Shown: positions 25,616 through 36,695, counted from the stretch's first letter. The stretch is DNA of 60,095 bases from Flavobacterium sp. (GCA_039933615.1 JBDTNT010000169.1:1-60095), one strand, 5' to 3'. The notes: generated from the sequence alone by a model not told the origin. Made by a program: numbers and translations.

Positions 25616-27841
25616 TTAGTTTAATTCAAAATTCGATTTAAGTTTTATATCTGCTGATGAAGCCCCAATCATAACTTCAAAATCTCCCGGTTCAGCATTC
25701 CATTCTAATTTATCGTTGTAAAAAGAAAGTTTCTCTTTGTCAATTGTAAACTCGATTGTTTTTGATTCTCCAGCATTTAATTTTACTTTTTGAAAATCTT
25801 TCAGTTCTAAAACTGGTCGTACTACAGATCCGAATTTATCTTTCAAGTACAATTGGACCACTTCTTCTCCGGCAACTTTTCCAACATTTGATAATTGAAA
25901 AGAAACTTTAATGGTTTCATTGCTTTTTATTTTAGTCGAAGATAATTTCAAATCAGAATAATTGAATTTTGTATAACTCAATCCATATCCAAATGGAAAT
26001 TTAGGCGAATTTTTCAAATCTATATAAGAAGAAACATATCCTTTTGAATTTTCATCCGCAGGCGGTCTTCCAGTACTGAAGTGATTGTAGTAAATTGGAA
26101 TCTGCCCTATTTCTCTGGGGAAAGTCATGGGTAATTTTCCGGAAGGATTGTAATCTCCAAATAAAACATCGGCAATAGCATTCCCTGCTTCAGTACCTAA
26201 CCACCAGGTGTATACAATTGCAGGAACATTGTCTGCTGTCCAGTTAAAAATAAGTGGTCGCCCTGCATTTACCAAAACGATAACCGGTTTTCCAGTTGCC
26301 TGAATTGCTTTTACCAAATCCTCCTGAACACCTGGTATGTGAAGGTCGCTTCTACTTTTGGCTTCGCCACTCATATCATGTCTTTCACCAATACTCAGGA
26401 TAACAACATCTGCCTGTTTTGCTGTCGCAACTGCTTCTGCAAAACCATCTTTATTGTCTCCTTCAACCTCACAACCTTTAGCGTAAAGCAATTTTGTATT
26501 TTTACCTACTTTGTTTTGCAAACCATCCCATTGTGAAACTACCCATTTCTCATAATTTACATCCGGTAGCTCAACTGCCCAAAATCCCATATTGGCTTTG
26601 TATTCTTTAACCATTGGCCCGATGAATGCAATTGTTTTAAGATTTTTAGAAAGTGGTAATGTTTCGTTATCATTCTTTAATAAAACGATACTTTTTTCCG
26701 CTACTTCTCTGGCTGCTTTTCTGTTCTCAGGATTATTCAATACTTTTTCAGCTCTTTTTTCATCTGAAAATCGGTATGGATCTTCAAATAATCCCAATTC
26801 GAATTTTTTACGAAGGATACGTTTTACAGCATCATCAATTAAATCAACAGAAACTTTTCCTTCTTTTACCAATTCGGCTAAATTATAACGGTATGCATTA
26901 CTTTCCATATCCATATCACTTCCGGCTGTAATTGCAGAAAGAGCGGCGGCTTTAAGATTTTTTGAATAACCATGTGCCACCATTTCTCCGATAGAACCCC
27001 AATCCGAAACTACAAATCCCTGAAAGTTCCATTTCCCTTTTAAAATATCGCGCTGCAGATGGGCATTTCCTGTAGCCGGAACCCCGTTTAAATCATTAAA
27101 TGAATTCATAAATGTTGCAGCTCCGGCATCTAAAGCAGCTTTGAAAGGAGGCAAATACGTTTCGAAGAGCATTCTTTCGCTCATATCAACAGAGTTGTAA
27201 TCTCTTCCGCCAGTTGCGGCTCCATAAGCTGCAAAATGTTTCACACAAGCCATAACCGAATTTAAATCCCCTAATTTATTTCCCTGAAAACCTTTTACTC
27301 TTGCGTAAGCAATTTTAGAACCCAGATACGTATCTTCTCCTGCTCCTTCCATAACTCTTCCCCAACGCGGATCACGTCCAATGTCAACCATTGGAGCAAA
27401 TGTCCAATGAATTCCGCTTGCCGCAGCTTCTGTAGCAGCAACCCTTGCGGCTAATTCAATAGCCGTTAAATCCCAGCTTGCAGCTTCTGCCAATGGAATT
27501 GGAAAGGTTGTTTTGTATCCGTGAATAACATCCTGACCAAATAACAACGGAATTTTAAGACGTGACTGCATCGCCAGTTCCTGATATTGTCGTGTATATT
27601 TTGTTCCGATAATGTTTAACATCGAACCTACAATACCCGCTTTTATTTCGGCTTGTTTATTTGGGTTTATGGTAATTGGCCCAGTTGCAGAATTATCTCC
27701 TGTGTATTGATTTAACTGACCTATTTTTTCTTCAATGGTCATTTTTTTCAATAGAGCATTTACTTTCTGGTCTATTGTTTCTTGTTGGGCTGTCGCAAAA
27801 AGCGAAACCATCAACAAGAGAAATGTGGTACTTTTTTTCAT
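25616..27841 (-). CDS. bglX: GH3 beta-glucosidase (BglX-like)
   Basis: DVIHG, RDPRWGR, KHFAAYG, VVSDW nucleophile and Fn3-like C-terminus; signal peptide. Confidence 0.95.
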   Translation of the reverse strand: MKKSTTFLLLMVSLFATAQQETIDQKVNALLKKMTIEEKIGQLNQYTGDNSATGPITINPNKQAEIKAGIVGSMLNIIGTKYTRQYQELAMQSRLKIPLLFGQDVIHGYKTTFPIPLAEAASWDLTAIELAARVAATEAAASGIHWTFAPMVDIGRDPRWGRVMEGAGEDTYLGSKIAYARVKGFQGNKLGDLNSVMACVKHFAAYGAATGGRDYNSVDMSERMLFETYLPPFKAALDAGAATFMNSFNDLNGVPATGNAHLQRDILKGKWNFQGFVVSDWGSIGEMVAHGYSKNLKAAALSAITAGSDMDMESNAYRYNLAELVKEGKVSVDLIDDAVKRILRKKFELGLFEDPYRFSDEKRAEKVLNNPENRKAAREVAEKSIVLLKNDNETLPLSKNLKTIAFIGPMVKEYKANMGFWAVELPDVNYEKWVVSQWDGLQNKVGKNTKLLYAKGCEVEGDNKDGFAEAVATAKQADVVILSIGERHDMSGEAKSRSDLHIPGVQEDLVKAIQATGKPVIVLVNAGRPLIFNWTADNVPAIVYTWWLGTEAGNAIADVLFGDYNPSGKLPMTFPREIGQIPIYYNHFSTGRPPADENSKGYVSSYIDLKNSPKFPFGYGLSYTKFNYSDLKLSSTKIKSNETIKVSFQLSNVGKVAGEEVVQLYLKDKFGSVVRPVLELKDFQKVKLNAGESKTIEFTIDKEKLSFYNDKLEWNAEPGDFEVMIGASSADIKLKSNFELN

Positions 27842-27855
27842 GAATTTAATGTTAG

Positions 27856-29280
27856 TTACCAAACGTAAGTTGCTACTGCACCAGCGTTTAAAGTAGTGGA
27901 AATTTGTTTTTGACTGTATTTAATATTGAATGATTCTATAGAGGTTCCATCATTTTCTACAATTAGAACAATTTGCCCTGATGGAGTCTTAAAAGCGACA
28001 TTGTATAAATTACCCGCAATATTACTACCAATTCTAACAGAACCTTCCGGAACAAATTTTGAAGCGTGGGCAATAATATAGTACCCTACTTCTCTCTTGA
28101 TATTTTGATTTTTATCAATCATCAGAGCACCCTTGCAGGTCGAACATCCGCCGGGTGTAAAGGGTTCATAATTTTCGTTATTTGCCAATCCCCACGAAAG
28201 CGCATTTACACTCCAGTTTCGCATAGAACCGATTACAACATTTTTTACGCTCCATTTTAAATCAGATTCAAAACTGCTTCCCGATCCTGTGTATTGCTCG
28301 GTAAAATATAAATCTTTGTTTGGATAAGCATCGTGAACGGTTGATAATGCACTGATATCTCCTTCGTATAAATGGAATGCCGATCCGGAAACGAAAGGCA
28401 ATGCTTTTGGATCATTTAATATCGTCAAAGGATATTCCGGTTTATTGCAGTTATGATCGTAAACCACAATTTTGGTTTTGATTTTTGCTTTTGCGAAAGT
28501 GGGGCCTAAATTCGTTTTAATAAATTCTGCCTGCTGCAAAGCTGTCATATACATACTTGGATTATTTCCGGGATGCAGTGGTTCGTTTTGAGGCGTTATG
28601 GCATCAATTACAATTCCCTGCGCTTTCATTGCCTGAATGTATTTTACGAAATATTCGGCATAAACCTGATAATATTGTGGTTGTAAACTTCCGCCTTTCG
28701 AGCTTCCGTTGTCTTTCATCCAAACGGGCGGTGACCACGGAGAACCCATGATTTTTATATTTGGATTTATTGCTAAAATCTCTTTTAAAAGCGGTACCAC
28801 ATCTTTTAAATCTGGGCCAAGATTAAAATGTTCCAATTTTAAATCCGTTTCGCCTGCAGGTCTGTCATCATATGAAAAAACAGCTTCATTCAAATCAGAG
28901 GCACCAATACTGATTCGCAAATAACTCAACCCCACAGCCTCCTTTTTCCTTGAAAATAATTCTTGAAGTAATGCTTCTTTTTTTGCTTTATCAAGTTTTA
29001 AAATAGTCTGAGCGCTTCCTCCGGTTAAGGAAAAACCAAAACCTTCAACGGTTTGAAATTTTTGGGAAGCATCTACCAAAATCGTTTGTTGTGAATTGCT
29101 TTCCACATTAAAGACCAAATCACTTTGCTTTTGAAGTTTTGAGGCTTCATCAGCACTTGTGATCCATGCTTCCGCTTTACCGGAATTGGCAACTGATTGT
29201 TTTGAAGTCCCACATTTTATCTGAACTGCGATGAGTGGCAGAAGCAGTAAAATGAGGCGTTTTTTGTTGATGTTTTTCAT
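27856..29280 (-). CDS. GH30 lipoprotein, probably GH30_3 endo-beta-1,6-glucanase
   Basis: Lipoprotein-like Cys (QIKC); SIGASDL, SPWSPP.WMK, PQNEP (acid/base) and YFTEQ (nucleophile). Subfamily is inferred. Confidence 0.8.
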   Translation of the reverse strand: MKNINKKRLILLLLPLIAVQIKCGTSKQSVANSGKAEAWITSADEASKLQKQSDLVFNVESNSQQTILVDASQKFQTVEGFGFSLTGGSAQTILKLDKAKKEALLQELFSRKKEAVGLSYLRISIGASDLNEAVFSYDDRPAGETDLKLEHFNLGPDLKDVVPLLKEILAINPNIKIMGSPWSPPVWMKDNGSSKGGSLQPQYYQVYAEYFVKYIQAMKAQGIVIDAITPQNEPLHPGNNPSMYMTALQQAEFIKTNLGPTFAKAKIKTKIVVYDHNCNKPEYPLTILNDPKALPFVSGSAFHLYEGDISALSTVHDAYPNKDLYFTEQYTGSGSSFESDLKWSVKNVVIGSMRNWSVNALSWGLANNENYEPFTPGGCSTCKGALMIDKNQNIKREVGYYIIAHASKFVPEGSVRIGSNIAGNLYNVAFKTPSGQIVLIVENDGTSIESFNIKYSQKQISTTLNAGAVATYVW

Positions 29281-29367
29281 TTTAATCTATTACTTTTAAA
29301 ACAGCTAAATGATCCGTCGGATATCCTAAATCTTCAGGATCACTTAAAGCTGTATTTTTATTAACTT

Positions 29368-30819
29368 CTAATACCCAGGATTTTGAGTTAAGTTAGGATT
29401 TGCATCTTTTTTAGTTTGTGGAATTGGCCACAACAATCTATTCTGGTTCAGGTTTGCTGCGTAAGGTAAAATAATACCTTTGCCATCTTTTTGTTTCGAA
29501 AGAATTTCAATCGCCTTACCTGTCCTTTTTAAATCAAACCAACGGTGACCTTCGAAAGCAAGTTCCATTTTTCTTTCTTTCAGAATCAGATTTAGCGCAT
29601 TTGCCTGATTTTCTGCAGTGAGTTTTGGCAATCCAACTCTTGCTCTTACCTGATTTACTAATGCCATTGCTCCTGCAAAATCTCCAGTTTGTGCGAGTGC
29701 TTCAGCTTTCAACAGGATAATATCGGCTAATCTTAAGATGTAAAAATTTTGTTGTCCATCGGTGTTCCTCATTTTATACGCAAACGGATAACCCGCAGAT
29801 GTCCAATAGTTATCGGTCCAGCTTACATCTTTTAAAATTATGGATGATTCTTTTCTAACGAGATCCCCTTCATCTGAAAAGGTTTTAACTAAATCATTAG
29901 ATGGTGTCATGAATTTCTTCCAATCTGTTCCATAAAACATAGAGCTTCCCCATGCTCCAATAGGAGATCCCCAGCCTTCTCCATTAGCTTCCCAAATAGA
30001 TTCGGAATTCCCTTCGTGAGCTGTATCGAAAAGATTTTCATAATTCGTCAAAAGCGTATATCCTCCTGTAATTACAGCATCGCTGTACTTTTTTACTTTT
30101 TCCCAGTCAGGATTATCTTTAGTTGCATAAACTTTTGCTAAAAGCGCATTTGCAGCACCTTTGTTTGCTCTGAATTTGTACGTTGAAGCGGGCGCTTTTA
30201 GAATTGCTGTTTCGCAATCTGCAATAATAGCGGCGTAAACTTCTTCTTTCGGCTTTCTGGTAGGATATAATTGCGGATATACTTCCTCAAAATTTTCCTG
30301 ATTTACATTCACAACCGCTTTTGTTGCAATTGGCACTGCTCCCCATAGCTGAACGGCGTGAAATAAATTCAAAGCTCTTACCAATGAAGCTTCGCCTATC
30401 ATTTCTTCTTTTCTGGCAGCATTTAAATCTGTAGCTTCATTGATGTAATTCAAAATAAAATTACATTTATTGATGTTGTCATAAATATAGCCCCAATCTC
30501 TGTTAACATTTGAATTTGTGGACAAAATACGATATTCGTCCTGCTGGAAATTCTGTATGTTATCTGATCCTGCATAGGAATCGTCTGTTTGGGCATCTCC
30601 GTTAAAAAAATAATCCAGCTGCCAGTATTCTCCGCCAAAACTTGCATAAATTGCTGTCATTCTGCTTTCGGCTTCTGTTGCATTTGCAATTACTTTTCCG
30701 GTGCTTTCAACTGTTGTTTCTGTAATTGGCTCTGTGTCTAAATAGTCAGAGCATGAACTTAAACTTAGCAGCCCAATAGCGCTGATCGTAAGTTTTATAT
30801 TTTTTATTATATTTTTCAT
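29368..30819 (-). CDS. SusD/RagB family lipoprotein (second pair)
   Basis: Lipobox LSSC; RLADIILLKAEA and ER.MELAFEGHRWFDL motifs; terminal QNPGY. Confidence 0.95.
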   Translation of the reverse strand: MKNIIKNIKLTISAIGLLSLSSCSDYLDTEPITETTVESTGKVIANATEAESRMTAIYASFGGEYWQLDYFFNGDAQTDDSYAGSDNIQNFQQDEYRILSTNSNVNRDWGYIYDNINKCNFILNYINEATDLNAARKEEMIGEASLVRALNLFHAVQLWGAVPIATKAVVNVNQENFEEVYPQLYPTRKPKEEVYAAIIADCETAILKAPASTYKFRANKGAANALLAKVYATKDNPDWEKVKKYSDAVITGGYTLLTNYENLFDTAHEGNSESIWEANGEGWGSPIGAWGSSMFYGTDWKKFMTPSNDLVKTFSDEGDLVRKESSIILKDVSWTDNYWTSAGYPFAYKMRNTDGQQNFYILRLADIILLKAEALAQTGDFAGAMALVNQVRARVGLPKLTAENQANALNLILKERKMELAFEGHRWFDLKRTGKAIEILSKQKDGKGIILPYAANLNQNRLLWPIPQTKKDANPNLTQNPGY

Positions 30820-30847
30820 CTTAATTTCTTTTATAATTTACTATCGG

Positions 30848-33841
30848 CTAGAAACTTGCTTTTATACCAAAAACAACTGTTTTTACCTGAGGGTATGTTC
30901 CTAAATCTATACCCGGAGTAACTCCTTTATTATCATTAAAAGCACCTACTTCAGGATCAAAACCTTTGTATTTTGTAAAAGTGTAAAGGTTTTGTGCCGT
31001 TGTATATATACTAAGACTATTCAATCCTAAAATTCGTTTTGTAAATTTATATCCTATAGTTACGGCTTTAATACGCACATACGAGCCATCTTCCACAAAT
31101 CGGTCTGAGACATGTAATGCATTGGGATCATTTGCTTTAGGCACATCTGTCACTTGTCCTGCCGTCGTCCATCTGTTAAGTACTTCGGTAGATTGATTCT
31201 TAAAGTCACTCATTAGGGTTAAATCCATTCTGGATGCATTGTAAACGTCATTTCCTTGTGAGCCTGTAACGAGTACATCTAAATAAACTCCTTTGTAAGA
31301 AAAATTATTTGTAAATCCGAAGACATACTTTGGCATTGCACTGCCAATTTCTGTTCGGTCATCAGGATTTACCTGCCCATCTCCGTTCGTATCTTTGTAT
31401 AATAATGTTCCTGTAGCAGCATCTACTTTATCTACTTTATAACCGTAAAAAGTACCTAGCGACCTCCCTTCTTCCAGGCGGACAACTTTTTCACCTACCG
31501 AAGTGAGTGTTTGTAAATCAAGTGTTTTTTGAAGCCCTAATCTGTTTATTACATTGGAATTAAAAGAAATATTAAAGTTTGTATTCCATTTAAAATCTCC
31601 ATTAAGGTTTTGTGTGTCTATAGAAAATTCTACTCCTTTGTTTTCGATTTCTCCAACATTATAATAATAGGGCTGGCTAAATCCGGGAAAATAAATTACC
31701 TGAAGTAAATTTTTAGTGTTTTTTTGATAAACATCTGTCGTAAATTTAATTCGGTTATTTAAAATGGCTAAATCAAGTCCAATATTAATATCGGTATTGG
31801 TTTCCCAGCTTAAATCGCTGTTTCCAATTTGGTCTAATGAAGTACCACCGTTTATAGGGTCTGTATAACTTAAGTCATACGATGAATAGGCCGGAATTCC
31901 GGACACATTACCGGTTTGTCCCCATCCTCCACGGATTTTTAATTGATTTACAACCTTATTTTCTTTTAGGAAATTTTCATTTGAGATAATCCACGCTGCA
32001 GATACGCCCGGAAAATAGCCCCATTTGTTCTCTTTGCTCAATTGGGAAACCCCACTGGCCCTAAAAACTCCGGATATAACATATTTATTATCAAATGTGT
32101 AGATCGCTCTTCCGAAAAAAGAAGAGTTGGTTATTTCTTTTTCTCTGACCTGATTTTCAGTTATTATTTTCGCTTCTTTAGTTTCAAAACTTCTGACATC
32201 CGTAGCAAATCCTTTTCCTGAAATTCTGGCCCAATCTTCTTTATTTTTTTGCAAGGAGTTTCCAAAAAGTAAGTTTAAATCATTTTTATCATTGGCAATT
32301 CTATACGCTAAAGTATTTTCAAAATTGATATTTACGTTTTGACTGTTTGTTACATTCCCATATCCTTTATCAACCTTATTATCATTATCGTTTACACGAC
32401 CAGCCGAAGAACGATAGGCGTCTACAAAGTATTTATCTTCCTGTACTTTAATATCTGAAGAGAAATTTGTTTTCCAAATCAAATCTTTTGCAAGAGTCGC
32501 TTCAAATCCTAAATTGCTCAAAACTCTGTTTACGTTCGAGATATTTTGTCTCGCTAATAATGATACCGGATTTTCCCACGCCGATTGATATGGATTTTTA
32601 GCAAATTGTCCCTCTTTGTAACCATCAGTATAGTTACCGGAAGGATCCTTGTCCCTTACTTTTAACTCTGAACCATAAGTGGGCATAAAACTTGGAGTTA
32701 CAAATAATCCCATTATTGCTCCACCCTGGCCTACGCTGTTGTTATCACCAATATTACTTAAATCGGAATTAATCAGATTAAGACTGGCGTTTAATTTCAG
32801 CCATTTATTAAGGTTCGCATCTATATTTAATTTTCCTGAAAGTCTTTTGTATTCAGATGGATTAATGACTCCGTTTGTATTTTGGTATCCCAGAGCTCCG
32901 TATATCCTCAAATTATCTGTTCCTCCTGCGTATGAAAAATTATAATTCTGATCTACGCCAGTACCCAAAACTTTATCTGCCCAATTGGTATCGATTCCCT
33001 CATAACGGGGATTATTTGCATTAGAAAGATAAGAGGGATTAATTTCGGACAGTAATGTTTTGTATTGCCCTAAATTTAATACGTCAATATTCTGAACCAC
33101 GTTGGAAATACCCACAAAAGAGTTGAACTCAAATATGTTTTTATTTGCTTTTCCTCTTTTTGTGGTAATAATGATGACTCCTGCGGCTCCATTTACACCG
33201 TAGATCGCGGTTGCGGAAGCATCTTTTAGTATTTGCATGTCTACAATATCATCGGTATTTATTCCATCAATATTTGTAGTCTGAATTCCGTCAATCACAT
33301 ACAATGGATTGTTTCCTGAATTGATAGAATTCAAGCCTCTAATCCTGACATCCAAGCCTGATCCGGGCTTACCCGAAGGCTGGGTTACATTTACTCCCGC
33401 TGCATTTCCCTGTATTGCCTGTGCTACAGAATATATAGGCCTGTCTGCAAAAGCATCTGCTCTCACGGTAGAAACGGCTGTTGTAAGTTTGCTTTTCTTT
33501 TGAGAACCGTAGCCGACATTTATTACAACTTCTTTTAAAGATTGTAATTCGGGTTCTAATTGAATATTGATTTCTGTTCGACCATTTACTATTTCAGTAA
33601 CAGTAACATACCCGACATAACTAACCGTTATTACAGCATCTGACGGTGTTTTTAATTGAAAATTTCCATCAATATCTGATATCGTCGTTTTGGCTGTCCC
33701 TTTCACTGAAACAATAGCATTTGGTACAGGCATTCCTGTTTCGTCCTTTATCCTACCACTCAGGGTAATGTCCTGAGCCATAGCAAGGAGCGAAAACAAC
33801 AAAGTCGAAATGCAAAAAATAAGTGATTTTGTAAACTTCAT
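30848..33841 (-). CDS. SusC/RagA TonB-dependent transporter (second pair)
   Basis: VGYGSQKK, PLYVIDG, LKDASATAIYG..GA.GVIIITTK and Y.GFDPE motifs; terminal F. Confidence 0.95.
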   Translation of the reverse strand: MKFTKSLIFCISTLLFSLLAMAQDITLSGRIKDETGMPVPNAIVSVKGTAKTTISDIDGNFQLKTPSDAVITVSYVGYVTVTEIVNGRTEINIQLEPELQSLKEVVINVGYGSQKKSKLTTAVSTVRADAFADRPIYSVAQAIQGNAAGVNVTQPSGKPGSGLDVRIRGLNSINSGNNPLYVIDGIQTTNIDGINTDDIVDMQILKDASATAIYGVNGAAGVIIITTKRGKANKNIFEFNSFVGISNVVQNIDVLNLGQYKTLLSEINPSYLSNANNPRYEGIDTNWADKVLGTGVDQNYNFSYAGGTDNLRIYGALGYQNTNGVINPSEYKRLSGKLNIDANLNKWLKLNASLNLINSDLSNIGDNNSVGQGGAIMGLFVTPSFMPTYGSELKVRDKDPSGNYTDGYKEGQFAKNPYQSAWENPVSLLARQNISNVNRVLSNLGFEATLAKDLIWKTNFSSDIKVQEDKYFVDAYRSSAGRVNDNDNKVDKGYGNVTNSQNVNINFENTLAYRIANDKNDLNLLFGNSLQKNKEDWARISGKGFATDVRSFETKEAKIITENQVREKEITNSSFFGRAIYTFDNKYVISGVFRASGVSQLSKENKWGYFPGVSAAWIISNENFLKENKVVNQLKIRGGWGQTGNVSGIPAYSSYDLSYTDPINGGTSLDQIGNSDLSWETNTDINIGLDLAILNNRIKFTTDVYQKNTKNLLQVIYFPGFSQPYYYNVGEIENKGVEFSIDTQNLNGDFKWNTNFNISFNSNVINRLGLQKTLDLQTLTSVGEKVVRLEEGRSLGTFYGYKVDKVDAATGTLLYKDTNGDGQVNPDDRTEIGSAMPKYVFGFTNNFSYKGVYLDVLVTGSQGNDVYNASRMDLTLMSDFKNQSTEVLNRWTTAGQVTDVPKANDPNALHVSDRFVEDGSYVRIKAVTIGYKFTKRILGLNSLSIYTTAQNLYTFTKYKGFDPEVGAFNDNKGVTPGIDLGTYPQVKTVVFGIKASF

Positions 33842-33981
33842 TTTTTAAGATTTTTTTTATTGTATAATTAGTAAATATGTAGCAATAATACTACTTTTAT
33901 TCATAATCATGAATAAAATCTTACAAAAAGTTTTATTTAAATTTTTAAATACTTTATAACTGTTCTCTTGTTCTATTCAAA

Positions 33982-34821
33982 TTAATTAACTTCAATATAA
34001 ACCGGAAGGTGATCCGACGGATACTTAAGATCTTTAGAATCACTTAAAACTGCATGCTTTTGTATTGTTAATCCGCTTTTTTTAGAAATAAAAATATAGT
34101 CTAATAATAAATTTACAGGCTGATTATGTTTGAAATCATTGAAAGTTCCATAAGGACCAAAAGGTTTTTCTTTTGAAATATCTTTCGTATCATCCATTAC
34201 TTTTTTTATCTCTGCAATTTGTTTGGTATCCGGCTCTGAATTGAAATCTCCCATTAAAAAAGCAGGGTAATTTTTAGTATTTACTTCCTTCATTTTCGAC
34301 AGAACAAGCTGCACTCCCTTAACTCTGGCCTCATTTCCAATATGGTCGAGATGCAGATTAAAAACCCAAAAGATTTTCTTTGTTTTCAGATCTTTAAACA
34401 GTCCATACGTACAAACCCGATTGCAGGCAGCGTCCCAACCTCTTGAAACTACATTTGGAGTTTCTGACAACCAAAATGTATTTGATTCCAGTACCTGAAA
34501 ACGATCTTTTTTATAGTATATGGAAGAAGCCTCTCCCTTTCCTCCTTCTTCTCTGCCAATTCCGAATTTGTTATAATCCGGCAAAGCAGAGCTTATATCA
34601 ATCACCTGATTTGGAGTTGCTTCCTGAATACCAAAAATATCCGGGCTGTAAAACTGAATTTGAGATGTAAAAAAATCTTTTCGGTTTGGCCATGCATTTT
34701 CTCCGTCTGAAGCAACATCCAAACGGATGTTGTAAGTCATAATTTTTAAATTCTGACCATAGAATGAACTACTGACAATTAGCAGCATTAGTACCGAAAC
34801 AATTGTGTTTATCTTTTTCAT
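33982..34821 (-). CDS. Secreted endonuclease/exonuclease/phosphatase (EEP) family protein
   Basis: MTYNIR, GIQE, GDFN, LDYIF and SDHLPV motifs; signal peptide. Confidence 0.92.
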   Translation of the reverse strand: MKKINTIVSVLMLLIVSSSFYGQNLKIMTYNIRLDVASDGENAWPNRKDFFTSQIQFYSPDIFGIQEATPNQVIDISSALPDYNKFGIGREEGGKGEASSIYYKKDRFQVLESNTFWLSETPNVVSRGWDAACNRVCTYGLFKDLKTKKIFWVFNLHLDHIGNEARVKGVQLVLSKMKEVNTKNYPAFLMGDFNSEPDTKQIAEIKKVMDDTKDISKEKPFGPYGTFNDFKHNQPVNLLLDYIFISKKSGLTIQKHAVLSDSKDLKYPSDHLPVYIEVN

Positions 34822-34952
34822 GTTTAAATTTTTAATCCTCAAAGCTACCATTTTGGAGCTTTTAAGAAAAAAACTTAGTTTAAAAAACTGTTAATTGTGA
34901 ATTCTATATCAATCCCGAATTGATTTTTTCCTGCCTGAATCATTTTTTTAAG

Positions 34953-36695
34953 TTACTTTTTTCCGGCATTAAACTCTAAATAATTCAAATTGAAATTTCC
35001 TTTATCAAAAATTACTTTGATTTTATTGCTTCCTTTATTCAACTGAATTCCAGGCAAAACAACAGTTTTCCATTTGTCATTTCCTCCGGTTGACGGAAGT
35101 GCAATACTTTCTGTTTTCTTTCCATTTTCAATTTCTAAATGAAGTTTACCTTCCGTATTTTCAGCTGAATAACGAATCGCAACATTGTAGCTGTTTTGTT
35201 TTCCAGCTTCTACAGTGTATTGCAGCCATTCTCCGCCTTCAATAAAGGAAACCTGATAACCATTTGACCCCAAATCTTTACAAGGCAGAATATCTACACC
35301 ATCGTTTCTCATGACATCTCCTCTGTTCCATTCTTCGAATTTTCCGGTTTCAACCTTGTAATTCACGAAATCTTTGTCCGAGTAAGCGTATCCGTTAGTT
35401 CCTAAATCATAGTGCGTTGCAGCAATTTTTCCGGGAATTGAATTTTTCTTATAGGGTTTTGTATCGTTCGTCTGTACCTGTCTGAACATTGCATCAATTA
35501 CATCCGGCTTTACGGTTACATTTTCCATTTTGTAATTATCCGCTATTTTCATTAAAGTCTTTTTGGCAAAATCAGCTGCTGGTTTTTTACCGCCATCTTT
35601 CCAATATTTTAATAAAACATCATATTCCGGTATTTTGGTCACAGAAGTTACTCCTGCAATATTTTCGATTTTTTTCATTGGCCAGAAAGCCCATCCGATA
35701 TTATTTTCTTCTACCAGTGAAAGGGCGTCTTTGAACCACACATTTGAATTTTCCCCACTTTCTCCCAACCAAATCGGAACGTTATATTGTGTTCTGTAAT
35801 CCAACATTTTCTGGATTGATGCTGTAGTATTGTAATTCCAATATTTATGAAAACTCAATGCCATGTTTTCATCCCATAAAGGAAAAATCCCGTTGTAATT
35901 ATTACCCCAGCAATTTCCCTCAATAAAAATCAGGTGATTGGTATCGACTTCACGAATTGCTTTTGTAACGGCAACCATTAAATCCCTCAAAGGTCCGTTT
36001 GAGTTCTCATCGCAGCCATTTTTATTCGTTCCTGTAAAATTCCAATTGGGTTCATTAATAATATCATAAGCTCCGATCCATGGATTATCTCTGTAACGGG
36101 AAGCCAGTTTTTTCCATAAGGCAATCATCTTTTTCTGATTCGATTCACTTTGCCATAAAGAGGGTTTTGTAGTATCGAAATCCGAAATCGCCGCATCATT
36201 TCCCTGTCCGCCGGGAGCTGCATGTAAATCTAAAATCAGGTACATTTTATTTTCTGCACACCATTTCAGTAAATGATCTGTCATGGTAAAACCTTCTTCA
36301 ATCCAGGTAATTTCACCATTTTTTTCAGCTTCAATTGCGGGTGTGTATAAGTTATAGTGCATAGGGAGACGAATAGAATTGAATCCCCAGACTGCTAACG
36401 AATCAACATCTCTTTTTGTAATTCCGTTTGCTTTATAGGCTGCGTAAAATTCTTTTGTGCCCTGTTCTCCAATTACATCCTGAATTTTCTGTTTAATCAC
36501 ATATTGCGGACTGGCAAAAGGCTGTGTCTGTAACATATACCCTTCCTGAACCATCCAGCCTCCTGTACCTAAACCTCTCAGAATTATATTCTTCCCGTTC
36601 CCATCTACAATTTTCTGTCCGTCCCTGTGTAAAAATCCCTGCCCGAAAGAGGCAATTGAAAGCAAGAGTTGTAAAGCTATAATCGTTTTTTTCAT
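34953..36695 (-). CDS. GH5 glycoside hydrolase with C-terminal CBM6-like module
   Basis: FNSIRLP, LDLHAAPG.Q, INEP and WLGESG; C-terminal GEWLQY..., TGG...W and FNLNY. Confidence 0.9.
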   Translation of the reverse strand: MKKTIIALQLLLSIASFGQGFLHRDGQKIVDGNGKNIILRGLGTGGWMVQEGYMLQTQPFASPQYVIKQKIQDVIGEQGTKEFYAAYKANGITKRDVDSLAVWGFNSIRLPMHYNLYTPAIEAEKNGEITWIEEGFTMTDHLLKWCAENKMYLILDLHAAPGGQGNDAAISDFDTTKPSLWQSESNQKKMIALWKKLASRYRDNPWIGAYDIINEPNWNFTGTNKNGCDENSNGPLRDLMVAVTKAIREVDTNHLIFIEGNCWGNNYNGIFPLWDENMALSFHKYWNYNTTASIQKMLDYRTQYNVPIWLGESGENSNVWFKDALSLVEENNIGWAFWPMKKIENIAGVTSVTKIPEYDVLLKYWKDGGKKPAADFAKKTLMKIADNYKMENVTVKPDVIDAMFRQVQTNDTKPYKKNSIPGKIAATHYDLGTNGYAYSDKDFVNYKVETGKFEEWNRGDVMRNDGVDILPCKDLGSNGYQVSFIEGGEWLQYTVEAGKQNSYNVAIRYSAENTEGKLHLEIENGKKTESIALPSTGGNDKWKTVVLPGIQLNKGSNKIKVIFDKGNFNLNYLEFNAGKK

